From Callorhinchus milii (lineage: Eukaryota): a stretch of DNA of 64,000 nucleotides. Below, one piece after another: positions 23,786 through 37,118 of this stretch. The stretch is taken from positions 116,376,001-116,440,000 of the forward strand of contig NW_024704742.1 of assembly GCF_018977255.1 (NCBI RefSeq). The letters run 5' to 3'. Each line of letters begins with the position of its first letter. The first letter of the stretch is position 1. The translations under genes were made by a program, and so were the position numbers. The notes below the pieces were generated by a model that did not search any database, was not told the origin of the DNA, and saw nothing but the letters and a program-made list of their open reading frames with translations.

Positions 23786-24149
23786 AGCAGGGAGCATCCC
23801 TCGAAAGAGAGAGTGCGTGTTCCATTCCAGACACCGGGAAATTTCCATGTGTCGGTGGCGTACATTAATGGAACAATCTAGTTTGGATATTCATAAACGT
23901 GGTGACGAGTTTCCGCATGTCTCATACACCTGGCTGACCAAAACAAAAAGGGCCCTAGCCAAAGTAGAGAGCAAGTTAGATAACACTGAAGAAAAAATAA
24001 TAATAATAATTGCATTTGATATAACACTTTATCACGTCCTCAAGTCGTCTCAAAGTGCTTCACAAGATATACTGTAAAGAGGATTGACTGTAAATTTTGT
24101 GGGCGAAACATGGCAGCCTATATGTTAAGGAATTATGTTAGAATTCCCG

Positions 24150-25425
24150 TCGATAGAGTAGCTAATGTTACACATCTGTTTAAAAAGTGAAAACAGGACC
24201 AGCCAAGTAATTATTGACCAGTCAGTCAAACCTCCAAAGTAATCAAACTTTTAAAGGCTATGGTATGGGATAATATTAATAACCACTTGGAAAGACATTA
24301 TTGATTAAAGACAGTCAGCTTAGATTTATTAACGGCAAGTCTTGCCTGACAAATCAAATTGAGTTTTTTTTGACACAATAATTGGGGAAATAGATAAAGG
24401 TAATTGTATGGATGTATGTAATACGGATTTTCAGAAAGATATTGATAAGGAGGTCTGTTAAAAAAATTAAGCCTGTTAAAAACAAAGGGTGGGAGTCCGG
24501 GGTTGTTATTTGCAATGGAGAGATGCAAATAGTGGTGTCCTCTGTTGTCAATGTTAGGACCATTGCTTTTCTGATATAAGAGGCACAATTTTTTAGTTTT
24601 CAGATGACACAAAATAGGGAGTGTAGCAAACAATGAAGAAAATTTAAGCAATTTCAGGGGGACATAGACAGATTAGTTGATTGGGTAGAGAAATGACAAA
24701 TGAAATTTAATACAGACAAATGTGAGGTGATACATTTTGTGAGTAAGAATAAAGAGTGGTAAAATATTACAAAGAGTGGAATAGCAAAATAACTTTGGAC
24801 AAATCATTAAAGTTGGGAAGTCAGGTGGACAAAGTTGTCAAAAAAGCTTAGGTTTTATAAATAGGGGATAGAATATAGAAAAGCAAGAGGTAATGCTAAA
24901 CTTATATCAACTTAGTTAGACTGCAGTTAGAATACTGTGTCCAATATTGGTTACCCCATTAGGAAAGACATCAAGACAGTAGAGGGGGTGCAGAGGAGGT
25001 TTATGAGGATGATACCAGGGAACGAGTGGTTTGGTCTCTGAGTGGAGGAACTGGGACTATTGCCGCTGGAACAAAGAAGATTGAGGGATGACCTGATAGA
25101 GGTCTTTAAAATTATGGTGGGTTTTGATAGAATCAATAGACAAAAATTATTTCCACTGGTCGGTAAGTCAATAATTGGTGGGCAATAATTTAATAGTTAG
25201 TGAATGAGCAAATGAGGAAGTTAGAAGAAATTATGTCTCGCACAGAGTAGTTCGGAAATATTGGTCTTTAAGAGGGAACTAAACAAATACCTTAAAAAGA
25301 GTCAGCTATGATGGTAGAGGAAAGGGCAGGTAAATGGGACTGAAATGATTTCTGAGGGAGCCAGCACAGATACGATGGGCTGAATGGCTTCTTCTGTGCT
25401 GTAAATTTCTATTGTTCTATGGTTC
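24150..25425 (+). mobile_element. Decayed CR1 LINE (RT C-terminal half plus 3' UTR)
   Basis: LEYCVQ, RGDLIEVFKI-like remnants; ATTCTATG-like tail. Confidence 0.85.
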
Positions 25426-26339
25426 TAAATTATATGAAGAAACCAGGCAAAGAATTAGGCATTAAAGAGTATGCTTTGTGATCTTTTTGGTATGCTGAGT
25501 ACTGACTGATTGAAATGCTGGGATTTTTTCCTTCCATTTACAACAAGCCAATATCCTAGGAATTGTTGAATTTCATGGCCAGTCACATCTCGGCACTTGA
25601 GAGTTACCACCTAGAAAAAAATCCTGTGGTGCCTCACATTCCTGCTGAAGGCAGTCAGACATAATACTAACAGACTTTGACTAAGCCAGTGCACCTGTCA
25701 CAAGGCCTTCACTGGAAGAAGGTCACTTAAAATAAAATCAACAGAAAGTTTTAATTAAATATTTCCTTCCTGAAATAATTTTGCGGGATTTCTTAACAAG
25801 ATTCTTTAATAAAAAAAAATCCCATTATAATTCCTGGTGATCCGCAAGAACTCCCTTAAATGTTGATGATATTGGAACCTGAGTTCCAGGTACAATTCAC
25901 TCACAGATGCTTATTTCCAGGAACCAGATTCTTTATTAAGAAATCCTGTTTAGAAATTCTGTAAATTAGACTGCAACATCCAAACCAGTTTAGAAATTAG
26001 TTTGGATAAACACATGATCACAATTTGTCCAGGATCACAACTCCAGGTTGCACATATTGTTGAATTTAGATCTCAATGTTAGTACATTTTGTATTGTGTT
26101 TAGGCTATTAAGTAAGGATAGAACTAGAGATTTTGCAACTTAGGTCACTTAAATGGAAAGGTTATTAATGGCATTCAGCAGGAAAGTGGCTTGAGCTGGA
26201 ATTAGATCACTAACTACAGTGAATGACAAATAATACAATACAATTTACACGTATACAGCAGCTTTCACATTGGGAGGAAAATACTAAACAAACATCTAAT
26301 GGATCAAGAAGGAAGAAATTAGTTAAAGGTGATAGTCTT

Positions 26340-26750
26340 TAACACAATTGAAATAGGGGGTGCAGATTTCACAGACCTCGATCGTTTCTAACCGAAGCAC
26401 AGATTTCTATGTTTCAGCGCTTGCTCCACAGCTTTGTGATCTCTTCTAGGATCAATGCTATATGTCAGACGTTTTGGCATTTGTTGGCTAGAGAATAAGG
26501 CGGAGTTGTCCTAAGAGCTGAACTTGAATGCACCACTTGTCAGTTCCACTGACTGGCTAATCAACTACACAGTGGGGATCCTTTCAATATCCCTTCAATT
26601 GACTGTTCCCCATGGTGCGTCCTTTACGGTTCATATCTTGCGGTGTCATTAATTAACAACTAATCAGGAAGAGGTTATCTCTTCCTAAATTGCTTTCAAT
26701 GAGCAACACCATTTATATTGCACAGTGTGGGATTTAATGTGAAGTCAAGG
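26340..26750 (-). pseudogene. Decayed coding block GVAH*KQFRKR ... ILEEITKLWSKR
   Basis: Single frame with scattered stops and W-repeat motifs. Confidence 0.4.
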
Positions 26751-26907
26751 ACTGAGGGGTACATTATTTTACCAGTTTAATAGCATTTTGTATATTTTGC
26801 ATTTGTATGGCCTTTGATGGCAATTGATGGCAAATAATAAAATACAATTTACACATATACAGTGGCTTTCACGTTGGGAGGAAAAGGCTAAATAAACATA
26901 GCAATAC

Positions 26908-27020
26908 AGCAAAACAAAAACAGAAGTCGCTGGGAATACTCAGCAGGTCAGGCAGCATCTATGGAGAAAGGGAAGTGAGTCAACATTTTGGGTCCACGAC
27001 CCTTCGTCAGAACTGGGGCA
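26908..27020 (-). mobile_element. Penelope-like terminal fragment with degenerate hammerhead core
   Basis: Minus strand agttctgacgaagggtcgtggacccaaaatgttgactc; homologous to 8893-9035. Confidence 0.7.
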
Positions 27021-27284
27021 TGTTGAGTGGGAGAGGCTTTTTAGGCTTTTTAGCAATACAGCTATTGCTTCGGTAAGGATTTATTGTACCTCTTAATGTT
27101 ACACTGGGGCATCATTTGAAAGTGAAAGGCACTATATAAACATGACTTCTTATTGTTATCAAATTGGCACAGAACATTGGTTAGACTGCTGTTGGAGCAA
27201 AAGGACCAAAATTGTCCCCTTGTCTTAGAATGTTACAGCACGGAAACAGGCCATTCAGCTCAATTAGTCTATGGTGATGCTTAT

Positions 27285-27602
27285 AATAAATAATAAATAA
27301 AATAATAATCTTTGCATTTGATATAGCACTTTTCACATCTTCGAGACATCTCAAAGCGTTTCACAGAATATACTGTAAAGTGAATTGACTGTATATTTTG
27401 AGGGCAAAACGCTGCAGCCTATTGCGCACAGCAGTGTCCCATAAACAGTTATGGATTGAAGTGACCAATTTCTTTTTTTTTCTTGAGGGATTATTATTAG
27501 GCGTGTGGAGTAAGGAAACAAGGTTTCATCCTGCTGGGAATCGAACCCAGGTCTCTTGCTTGCGAGGCAAGTGCTCTAACCACTGATCTACAGAACTCCT
27601 GT
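27285..27602 (-). mobile_element. tRNA-SINE nested in a CR1 3' fragment (~27220-27960)
   Basis: Full head-to-tail SINE with CR1 UTR sequence on both sides. Confidence 0.8.
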
Positions 27603-28269
27603 GGTGAGACTATACTCCACATGAGCCTTCATGCTTCCTAGTCTCCTCTCTTATATAGCTTTATTCTCTTTTCCCTCGTGTATGCATCAAGTTTCCTCTT
27701 CAATGCATTGATACTTTTTGCTTCAACCACAACTTCCATTTCACATTCTCAACATCTCTCTCCATAAAGACGTTCCTCCTCAACTCCCTGTTAGACCTGA
27801 CCCTTGTTTTGGGCTTATCAATAAATGGAAACTATCTATTCATGTTCAATGTATTAATTCCTTTCCTAACATAAAATACCTCTATCAGGTCCTCTCAATT
27901 ATCTCATATCCACAAGAAAATCTGAAATCTGTCCAATCATTGTTGATAGCTGTATCTTCAAACTTGGCACTATTTGAAAAGTGAAGCAAATTTCTCCCAA
28001 TGTCCTCTGAGACCCCTCCAAATAACTTAGTCATTCACTCAATCAATGACTGTTTGTGGAACATTGCTGTGCGCAGGTTGGCTGCCGCGATTGGCCAGAA
28101 AACACACAAAATCCCACTACTTTACAGTTTATCCTGTGAAGCACTTTAAAATGAATACAAGGATTGTTAGTATCACCTTCAAATAGAAGATTACATTGAA
28201 CTGTGGGAAATTGCAAAATTCACTCTTAATTTGAAGGCTGCGCAAAACAGCTTTCCAAATTAAAACTGA

Positions 28270-28700
28270 ATTTAACTTGACTACGCAAATTCCCAGCTTG
28301 TTGGCTTTCCCAACTCTTCCATGCACAAGCTGTAGATCATCCAGAACTCTGCAGCTCATATCCTCTCCCACATCTGCTCCGTGACCTTATCATGCTCACC
28401 CTCGCCCGGTCCCACCGGCTCCCCATCCCCCAGAGGATAGAGTTCAAAATCCTCTTCCTCGCTTTCAAGACCCTCCGCAGCCTTCCTACCTCTGTGATCT
28501 TCATATCAGCCTGTCTACTCCCTCCGCTCAGCAGGCTCCAGCCTGCTCCCCGTTCCCCGACTGGCTTCACCCCACCATCAGCCTTTCTGCCCCCACCCTT
28601 TGGAACACCATCCCACAGTCCGTTTGCCTTGCTCCCTCCCTTGGCTTCTTCAAGGCACGTCTGAATATCCTTCTGTTCGACCATGCCTGGCTGTCACATT
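28270..28700 (+). mobile_element. L2 3' fragment
   Basis: [17 protein letters not shown] motif. Confidence 0.8.
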
Positions 28701-29015
28701 TGTCTGAACAAAATGAATCCACTGCAGTCGCTTAATTAGGTGTGAACTGCTTTCAAGACACACTTGATGTGATGAGATGCTATAAAAATGTAAGCCCTTT
28801 GTTTCTTTCCTGGTTCCATCCTGTACTGGTAAAATGTGGAACAAAAGCAAACAAATCCAAAAGGCATTCCTCCAGCAAGGTAATGACTTACTAACTGCAG
28901 TGTTCCTGCAAACTGCTCTGAAGTATTCGATGCCATTCAAGAGAGTTTTGTGCAGGTGAAAAATGAGGTGTGTGAAGTGATAATTATCATTGGTGATAAG
29001 ACTGAATATTGCTCT
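28690..29015 (-). pseudogene. Decayed coding block VSKSLPCWRNAFW ... HLIKRLQWIHFVQ
   Basis: ORF 28650..28940 core; truncated by an L2 fragment at its 3' side. Confidence 0.45.
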
Positions 29016-29109
29016 CTAAAAATAGTCTTTCATTCATCATTCAGATTTCCAGCATCTGCAGTATTTGCCATTCATTATCAGTTGGGTTGATTCTTAACTT
29101 GCTTACAAC

Positions 29110-29172
29110 CACCCACCACCACCACCACCACCCCCACCCACACCCCCCACACGCACACACAAACACACACAC
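29110..29172. repeat. (CAC)n/(CA)n low-complexity microsatellite
   Basis: Direct inspection. Confidence 0.8.
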
Positions 29173-29711
29173 CAGGTGATAATTACAGATGGTGTTTAAC
29201 CTATATTGTCAGTGACTTCTTTCCTCAACCCAAGCTTTGTCAATAAAATACAACAACAACTTGCATTTTATAGCGGCCTCCATGCTGGGTCACATCGCAG
29301 AGCATTTGATTAGCCTCTGCAAAGTGTTAAAATGTCAGAATCAAAAACTTTTTCACACAAAATTTGTTGAACAACCCTTCTTCTATGCTATAAATTTCGT
29401 TGGTTAATTTCCCTTCAGATACCCTGAAGTTTTCATCACTCAATCCACGACTGTTTTGTGGGACACTACTGTGTGCAATTGGCCACCGCATTTCACCCAC
29501 AAAAATAGAGTCACTACATGTTGCAGTATATTCTGTGAAGCACTTTGAGACATAATAAGGCGCTATATCAAATGAAGGATTATTATTATTATTACTGTAT
29601 TGTTTTGTAGGCAATGACTGCAGGTTTAACTCCTGGTCTGGCTGAGCTGAGCTAATCTCCGCTAAGATAGCAGTTTGAATGTTACAATTGGTTTAGTGCT
29701 CCTTGGCATGG

Positions 29712-30965
29712 TCAAAAAGGAGGGTCTTGGGGCAGGACTTGAAGGACACTAAGGAGGGGGCAAGGCAGAGGGTCTGGGGGATGGAATTCCAGAGGACACG
29801 GGAAGAGGACATGGGCTGCAGAGTTCTCGATTAACTGCAGCCTGTGGAGGCAGGAGTTGGGAAGGCCGACAAGCAGGGCGTTTGCTAAGTCAAGCCTGGA
29901 GGTGATGAAGGCATGAACAAGAGTTTCAGTGGCCTGAGGGGTGAGGTAGTGGTGGAGACTGGCGATGTTACGGAGGTGAGGGAAGGCAGAGCGGGTCATG
30001 GCTTGAATGTGGGGGAGAAAAGACAGTTGAGGGTCGAACAAGACACTTAAGTTCCTGACTGGCTTGGTGAGTTGAAGTGTGCAACCATGGAGGTTGATGT
30101 TGCCAGAGCCTGAGGTGCTGAGGCGCTGGTGCGAGCCAATCGGGAGGGCCTCAGTCTTGTTCACGTTCAACTATAGGAAATTAGCCCTCATCCAGGACTT
30201 GATGTCCGTTAGGCAGTCTGTCAAGACACCAGTGGTCTTGGAGTTGAGGGTAGAGGCAGAAAAATAGAGTTGGCTGTCATCTGCATACATATGGAAGTTG
30301 ACCCCATGTCTGCGGATGATATCACCGAGGGGGAGCATGTAGATATTAAAGAGGAGAGGGCCAAGGACAGAGCCCTGGGGGCTGCCTGATGTGACAGCGC
30401 AGGGGCTGGAGGAGAAACCATTAGAGGCCACAAAGTGGATACGGTAAGAGAGAGGAATCGAGCCAGGCAAGGGCAGATCTGTGAAGATTACGTAAAGCGG
30501 AGAGGCGGTGTATGAGGATGGCGTGGTTGACAGTGTCGAAGGCGGTAGAGAGGTCGAGGAGGACAAGGAGGCAGAGGGAGCCCTGATCACAGATGTTCAG
30601 AATGTCATTAATGACTTTGACCCGGGCTGTTTCCGTGCTATGGGCAGCGCGGAAGCCAGATTGGAGGGGTTCAAATAGGTAATGGGTTCAAATGGTGATG
30701 ACGGCTGTTTTTAGGGGATGGGAATTGAACCAGTGGACAGGGAGAGGTTGATGACATCGGACAGGAGGGGGACAAGAAGGTGGAGCTGGGAGATGAGGAG
30801 AGAGGTGGGGATGGGATCGAGGGAGCAGGTGGTGGGTTTGAGTTTGCGGACAGTCGTGGTGAGGGAGGAGGGAGAGATAGGGTCGAAGGAGTATGGGGGG
30901 GATGGGTGAGGAGTGGGTCATGAGGGAGAGGTGATGTGGGCTGAGGACGGGGCTGAGGTGGCTGA
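29712..30965 (-). mobile_element. L2 ORF2 RT fragment, frameshifted
   Basis: [19 protein letters not shown] and YADDSQLY; ORFs 29712..30170 and 30171..30590. Confidence 0.92.
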
Positions 30966-31219
30966 ACGTATCCCCTCAGTTGACAGAGCCCATCTCTAAG
31001 GAAAATGAATGGATTGGGCAAAGACTGTAAGGGAGCAGATTGTGTGAGACAAAACAGGTTTGATGGGTTAAATGTCTCTTTCTCATTTCATCCTTTATGT
31101 TCTTATAAATATAGGCTCAGCAGTTACCTCCTGGTGATGATCAGAGAAGGTTCTGATAAGTGCTGAGCATTGGTGATGGTGTGAGAGCAGGATCCAACCT
31201 AACAACTCATGCCATGGAA

Positions 31220-31535
31220 ATTATAATAATAATGATTCTTGCATTTGATATAGCGCTTTTTACGTCTTCTAGACATCTTAAAATGCTTCACAGAATATAC
31301 TGTAAAATGAATTGACTGTATATTCGTGGGCAAAACGCAGCAGCCTATTGCACACAGTAGTGGCCCACAAACAGTCGTGGTTTGAGTGACTAAATTATTG
31401 GAGGTTTTTCTTGAGGGATTATTATCAGACGTGTGGAGTAAGGAAACTTGCCCAAGGTTTCGCCCTGCCTGGAATCAAACCCAGGTCTCTCTCACTTGTG
31501 AGGGGAGCACTCTAACCACTGAGCTACAGAACTCC
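31220..31535 (-). mobile_element. tRNA-SINE, full length
   Basis: Matches the young SINE family with moderate divergence. Confidence 0.85.
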
Positions 31536-31889
31536 GACGCTGTCAATAAGGAAAGAAAATTGAAAAAGAAAAGAGGCTTCTTAGGAAACTATAGTATGTA
31601 CAATACAATAATGCAATTTACATTTATTTAGCGCTTTTCATGTTGGGCGGATGTCACAAAGTGTTTCACGGTGCTGAATGTGCACCCGAGCGAGATGTGC
31701 ACTGTTTCATCTATCCTTCCCCTCCCCACCCGAAGAGAGTGAGGAGGGGAAAGATAACCAAAAGAGTGCAATCAAAGAGGTAAGTTTTGAGATGTATGTA
31801 TACATGTAGTCTAAAAAAAAGTGATTTTGTAATTGGGATGATGTATTTTTATATCTAACAAGACAAAGATAACATTAGCATGTTGTATT

Positions 31890-32521
31890 GTTTCACAGGT
31901 TATAGCTGTGAATTCAGTTCTGTGTAAAACCTGAGGCTCAGGGGAAACTATTGAAACGCTTATAAATCTTTTTTATGGGGACAAAAGAGCTTATACTGAT
32001 ATTCTGCCACTTCAGCTCTCAAAGGTTTTATTATCGCTGCTATTCTGAGTGAATTTATGCAGCCAATTACTGTCAAAAACTCCTCAAACATCAAAGAAGA
32101 GCAGCTGACAGAAATAAAAACTAAGCGCATCTTTTAAAGATTATCTACTTCTCTGGAGATTTCGAGATTATTTTCGCCTTTAAATGTTACATATCAGAAA
32201 CCTCAATCAGCAAAACAACGATATTTGGTATTTCAGGACAGGAGAACTTGATACATCTGATATCCCTCAACTTTGTTCTTGAAACCGCTGTCAAAAAGCC
32301 TTTGACTCTGGTGTTCAGGTAAACAACAAGGTAACCGTAGAGTGCACAAAAATGTGTTTGATGCTGTGGTGACAAGTAAATGAGGCACTTATTCAGAATG
32401 AGTGTGACAATGAAGATCAAGACGATTGCTACCAGGCCTATTGTAGTGATGCTCTTGATCCGCATGTTGTGAACAGGTTAAATCTGGGTTATGTCAGGAA
32501 TGCCGGATATTCAGTCATAAC
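31890..32521 (-). pseudogene. Decayed coding block VMTEYPAFLT ... KYRCFAD*GF ... KMRLVFISV ... AEVAEYQYKLF
   Basis: aaagcag acceptor; non-repeat coding-like sequence with stops. Confidence 0.4.
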
Positions 32522-33169
32522 CTGCTTTTATCTAGCTGGAATTTCCTTTTCCATCTATCATTTTAGCAATCATAATTTAATTTGTTTCGCTTATGTAAAA
32601 TGGTGGCAAGGAACCAAATCCACGAGACTGTGCAGTCAGTTTGTCTAAAAGATAATCAATCAAGTAATTTAAAAGAAATCATGTGAGTATCAAATCTGCA
32701 ATTGATGGCAGAACTGATTAAAATATCAGTACGGACACCGCCACACAAATTGTTTTCATGTCAAGCGCTGTACTTGACATGAAACACACTCTCCCTCAAT
32801 CCCTCCTCTATGCCCCCTCTCAAGTTCCATCTAAAAATGTTCCTTTTCGACTATGCTTACGGTCACCCCCGAACCCCTTCTAACCCCCATCCCCAGCTCG
32901 GAGACATGCTCCGCCACTGTTAAGCGCTCTGAGGCACTAACCTGCATGGAGGCCGTTATAGAAGTGCAAGTTGTTGTGGTGGTGGTGGTTGTTGTTGTAC
33001 AAGAGATAATTGTTGTCATTTTAGAAATTTAAATAATATATGTAATAATGCAGAATCTTGGCTTAATTCAGATTGAGTCAGGATAGTGAAGTGGTGAAGC
33101 GTGCTGAAAACCCTTTGCGGTTGACAGCAACACTGACAAACAGCTTTGACCCCAACATCAAATGGGACC

Positions 33170-33520
33170 AATAGTGACACTGGCAGCACTCTCACCTCGG
33201 AGTCATAAGGTTGCGGATTCAAGCCTCACAGCATAGTGCTTGGAATGTGCTGCATTGTTGCAGGTGCCATCCATCAGATGAGTCTTTAAACTAAGGCCCA
33301 ATCTGCCTTTTGAAGTGGTGTTAAAGATCCGATGGCACTGTTCAAAAAGAGAAGGAAGTTTCTCCTTGTGTCTTGACCAACAATCCAATGAAATTGGTTA
33401 TTCACTTCATGGCTGTTTGTGGGACTTTGCTGTGTGCAAATTGGCAGCTATGTTTGCTTATAAAATAAACAGTCCCTAAACTTCACAGTAAATCCTGTGA
33501 AGTGCTTTGAGACGTTCTTC
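33170..33520 (+). mobile_element. Older Deu-type SINE
   Basis: tRNA-like head, Deu core and tail. Confidence 0.75.
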
Positions 33521-33529
33521 CGACATTAT

Positions 33530-33890
33530 TGTTATTTTTATGGACAGCCGGGTGTCTGACATATGTGGAAACCCAACGCTATCACCATGATTAAGCGTAT
33601 CTAAACCAAGCTGAGAATTCCATGCATCCCTACTCCACTCAGCTCCAGGAAATTCCAGGAGCTGATTGGGATGATTCCCTGTCCCCAATTACTGGTCTGC
33701 CCTTCCATGTCTTGCTGATGAGCCAGACTGGCTGTGTTGTAATCCGCAGGGCCCTGGAATACTGTGGATCTATCTGGCTCAGGAACCAGACTATCGAGAT
33801 CACCACAAAGGGCTGGCTTCATTCCGACATTCCATTGCCAAGTATGTCATTTTGAAGCTAGTTCATCTCCAAGGAGACCCCGCTTACTAT
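33530..33890. repeat. Unclassified interspersed repeat, copy 1 of 3
   Basis: Shares gagccag.ctggctgtg...gccctggaatactg...ccattgccaa.tatgtca...aaggagacccc with 41985-42147 and 56060-56285. Confidence 0.7.
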
Positions 33891-33919
33891 TATTATTAAT
33901 GTTATTATTATTATTAAGA

Positions 33920-35230
33920 TTTTAATCCGGGACAAAATAAATTTTCACTTAGAAAAATATGGGTTAGTTAAGGACAGTCAACATGGATTTGTTAAAGGCA
34001 AATCGTGTCTAACAAACCTGATAGAGATTTTTGATGAAGTAACGGAAAGGGTGGATGAAGGTAGTGCAGTTGATGTAATTTATATGGATTTTCAAAAGAC
34101 GTTTGATAAAGACTTGAAGCAAAATAGAAGCCTATGGTATTAAAGGGGCAGTGGATACAGAACTGCCTAGGAGACAGAAAGCAGAGAGTGGTGGTGAATG
34201 GTTGTTTTTCTAACTGGAGGGAAGTGTGCAGTGGTGTCCCCCAGGAGTCACTATTGGGACCACTGCTGATTTGATCTAAATAAATAACCTGGACTTGGGT
34301 ACAGGGAGTACAATTTCCAAGTTTGCAGATGATGCTAAGCTAGGAAAAGTAGTAAACAGTGAGGAGGATAGTAGCAGACTGCAAATGGACATAGACAGAC
34401 TGGTAAAATGGGCAGACACGTGGCAGATGAAGTTTAATGTGGAGAAATGCAAAGTGATGCATTTTAGGAGGAAGAATGAGCAGAGGCAATATAAGCTGAT
34501 GGTACAATCTTAAAGGGAGTGAAGGAACAGAGAGACCTGGGGGTTCATATAAGTAAATCTTCGAAGATGGCAGAACAGGGGTTAAAAAAACATATGGGAT
34601 ACTAGGCTTTATAAATAGGGGCATAGAATACAAAAGTCAGGAAGTTATGATAAACCTTTATAAAACACTGGTTAAGCCTCAGTTAGAGTATTGTGTTCAG
34701 TTTTGGGCACCACACTTTAGGAAGGATGTCAAGGCATTGGAGAGGGTACAAAGGAGATTTACCAGGATGGTACCAGGAATATGGGACTTCAGTTATCAGG
34801 AAAGACTAGAGAAGTTAGGATTATTCTCCTTGGAGCAGAGAAGGTTAAGAGGAGACTTAATAGAAGTTTTCAAAATTATGAAGTGATTCGATAGGGTGAA
34901 CAAGGAGAAATTATTTACACTGGCGAGTGGGTCGGTAACCCAAGGGCACCGATTTAAAATAGTTGTTAAAAGAAACAGAGGGGAATTGAGGAGACATTTT
35001 TTCACACAGTGAGTTGTTCGGATCTGGAATGCATTGCCTGAAAGGGTGGTGAATGACAATTCAATAACAGCCTTTAAGGGAGAAGTAGATAATTATTTGG
35101 GGAGGAAAAGTTTGCAGAATTATGGGGAGAGCGCGGGGGAGTAGGATTGATTTGGATAGCTCTTTTCAAAGAGCCGGCACAGACACGATGGGCTGAATGG
35201 CCTCCTTCTGTGCTGTATAATTCTACGATG
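33920..35230 (+). mobile_element. CR1 LINE ORF2 RT/C-terminal fragment with 3' UTR
   Basis: QHGFVKGKSCLTNL, SKFADDAKLG, LEYCVQFWAPH, RRLRGDLIEVFKI. Confidence 0.95.
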
Positions 35231-35534
35231 ACAACTATTCTGCCGAAGTGGAGGGAGTGATAATCATTGCCAACCTTCTTTATCAATTGGAAAATTAGAT
35301 ATTTCTTAATAAATTCAGTACCGCATCAACACATCAAATCTGTGAAGAAATACCAGGGAAATTTTGCATTGTTCCCCAGTTTAAATAAGTGTCAATTTTA
35401 CCCTATTATAATTTCATCTGTATATTAACAATTGGGGCTATAAGACGAGACTAATTTGTGTTAGAACTTAGGAGTTGTATTATTTTATTCAGTTTTACAT
35501 TAAACAATGTAGTTTTACTGTAGGGACATCATAC

Positions 35535-35805
35535 AGTTCTCATTTCCATGCTTATCGCTGATTTTATTCCTTTGGCGTTTTCATTAGTTTCTCTTGTGAC
35601 CTTTTTGAGCTCAGTCATAGAATTTCTTAAGAAGAAAAAGGTAATTACAGGCTCAGACAGTAATTTTCCTTCAGCATGTGAGCTTTGAAATGCCTGAGCT
35701 GCAATTGTCTGAAAGTTTAGGTGGATCGTTTGAAAACGAAGAGTGAGATAAGCGACCGCAGGAACTTGCTTCATGACGTCAAAGATGAAGCACAGGAGGA
35801 GTTGG
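35535..35805 (-). pseudogene. Exon remnant ...IAAQAFQSSHAEGKLL...RNSMTELKKVTRETNENAKGIKSAISMEMRT
   Basis: ORF 35529..35774; donor ACT|gtatga; possible internal acceptor ttcttcttaag before 35625. Confidence 0.45.
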
Positions 35806-37118
35806 TTTATAATAATCCTTGTGTTTGATATAATGCCTCATCTTCAAAATATCTCAAAGTGCTTCACAAGGTCCCACCCACCTGTTCAGGTGAACATTAA
35901 AGATCCCATGATATGATTCAAAAAGTGAAGGGAGTTTCTCCTAGTGTCTTGGCCAACAATCCCCCAAAGAAAATTGGTTATTCACTTCATGTCTGTTTGT
36001 GGAACATTGCTGTGTACAAATGAGCTACCACATTTCCCTACAAATATACAATCAATCACTACACTTTAAGATAAATGCTGTGAAGTGCTTCTGAGACATC
36101 CTCCCGAAAGATACTATACCAAATGCAAGGATTATTATTATTATTACAAATATAAATTATGTTCACCTTAACTTCTGGAGAAGTGTCTCCATGTGTCTCA
36201 CTTGTGTTCAACACTTAGTATCTGTGCTAAATATAAAGTTTGTTCCAAGTGAGAGAAAACAGTAAAGGAATTAACTCATTGTATAGCATGCACCTTTCTA
36301 ACACATGATTCTGGGTATATAATACATAATTTACCTATCTAATATGAATATTCCAAGGAAATTATGTAATCATTGTACGATACCACTCCACCAAAATGGC
36401 AGTGGATTACCTGCCTCTGAAAATTTATCAAATAAGCCTGAGGAGAAATATCTTAGAAATTTTGTTGAATTAACTGCTGTCCTTCTATCAATTAGACTTA
36501 ATGAACACTACTCATTAACTCCAGTAAACTTTCCATTCCATGCTGGTCTATGTGGCTGACTGGTAAGATTGCCATGTATTTACATGAGGTTTCCTGAATC
36601 TGCAAATATTGTAATTTTGCTACCAGTCCATTGGGAATAAGACTTTGCAATTATGTGATGTGATAAAAAGTAGTAAAAGAAGTAATACTGGGGTAAAAAT
36701 TGCGACCAGGTATGTGTTCAAAGATCACACGATTTGTATGAAGAAGATCCTTCGGCCTATTTGAATACCTAACCCACTGCCCTCACATTATAGAGTTGAG
36801 CTATTTCTTAAATAATCCTTGCCTTAAACACCCTGTCTGATAATCAGTTCCAGTCCCTAATTATTATTATTAATAATAAAATGAATAACAATAAAATTAA
36901 TAATCATCATTTCAATAATTACATTTATTCTATATAAATAGTCTATATAAATAGTCCTGGCATAGACCAGTTGCGCCTGTTTCTGTGCTATATATTCTAA
37001 TGTATTCTAATGTATGTATTCTATGGCCTTTCATGGTGGGAGGATGTCTCGAATGATGTCACAGGATATACTCTACAGTGTGTTTTGTGGGCGAATTGCC
37101 TTCTATGTAAAGAAATAC

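Noticed and set aside
31900..32520. Plus-strand decayed gene or C2CD6-like YPAFL motif
   Set aside because: No consistent plus-strand exon chain; motif order conflicts with C2CD6; the minus-strand repeat reading fits better.
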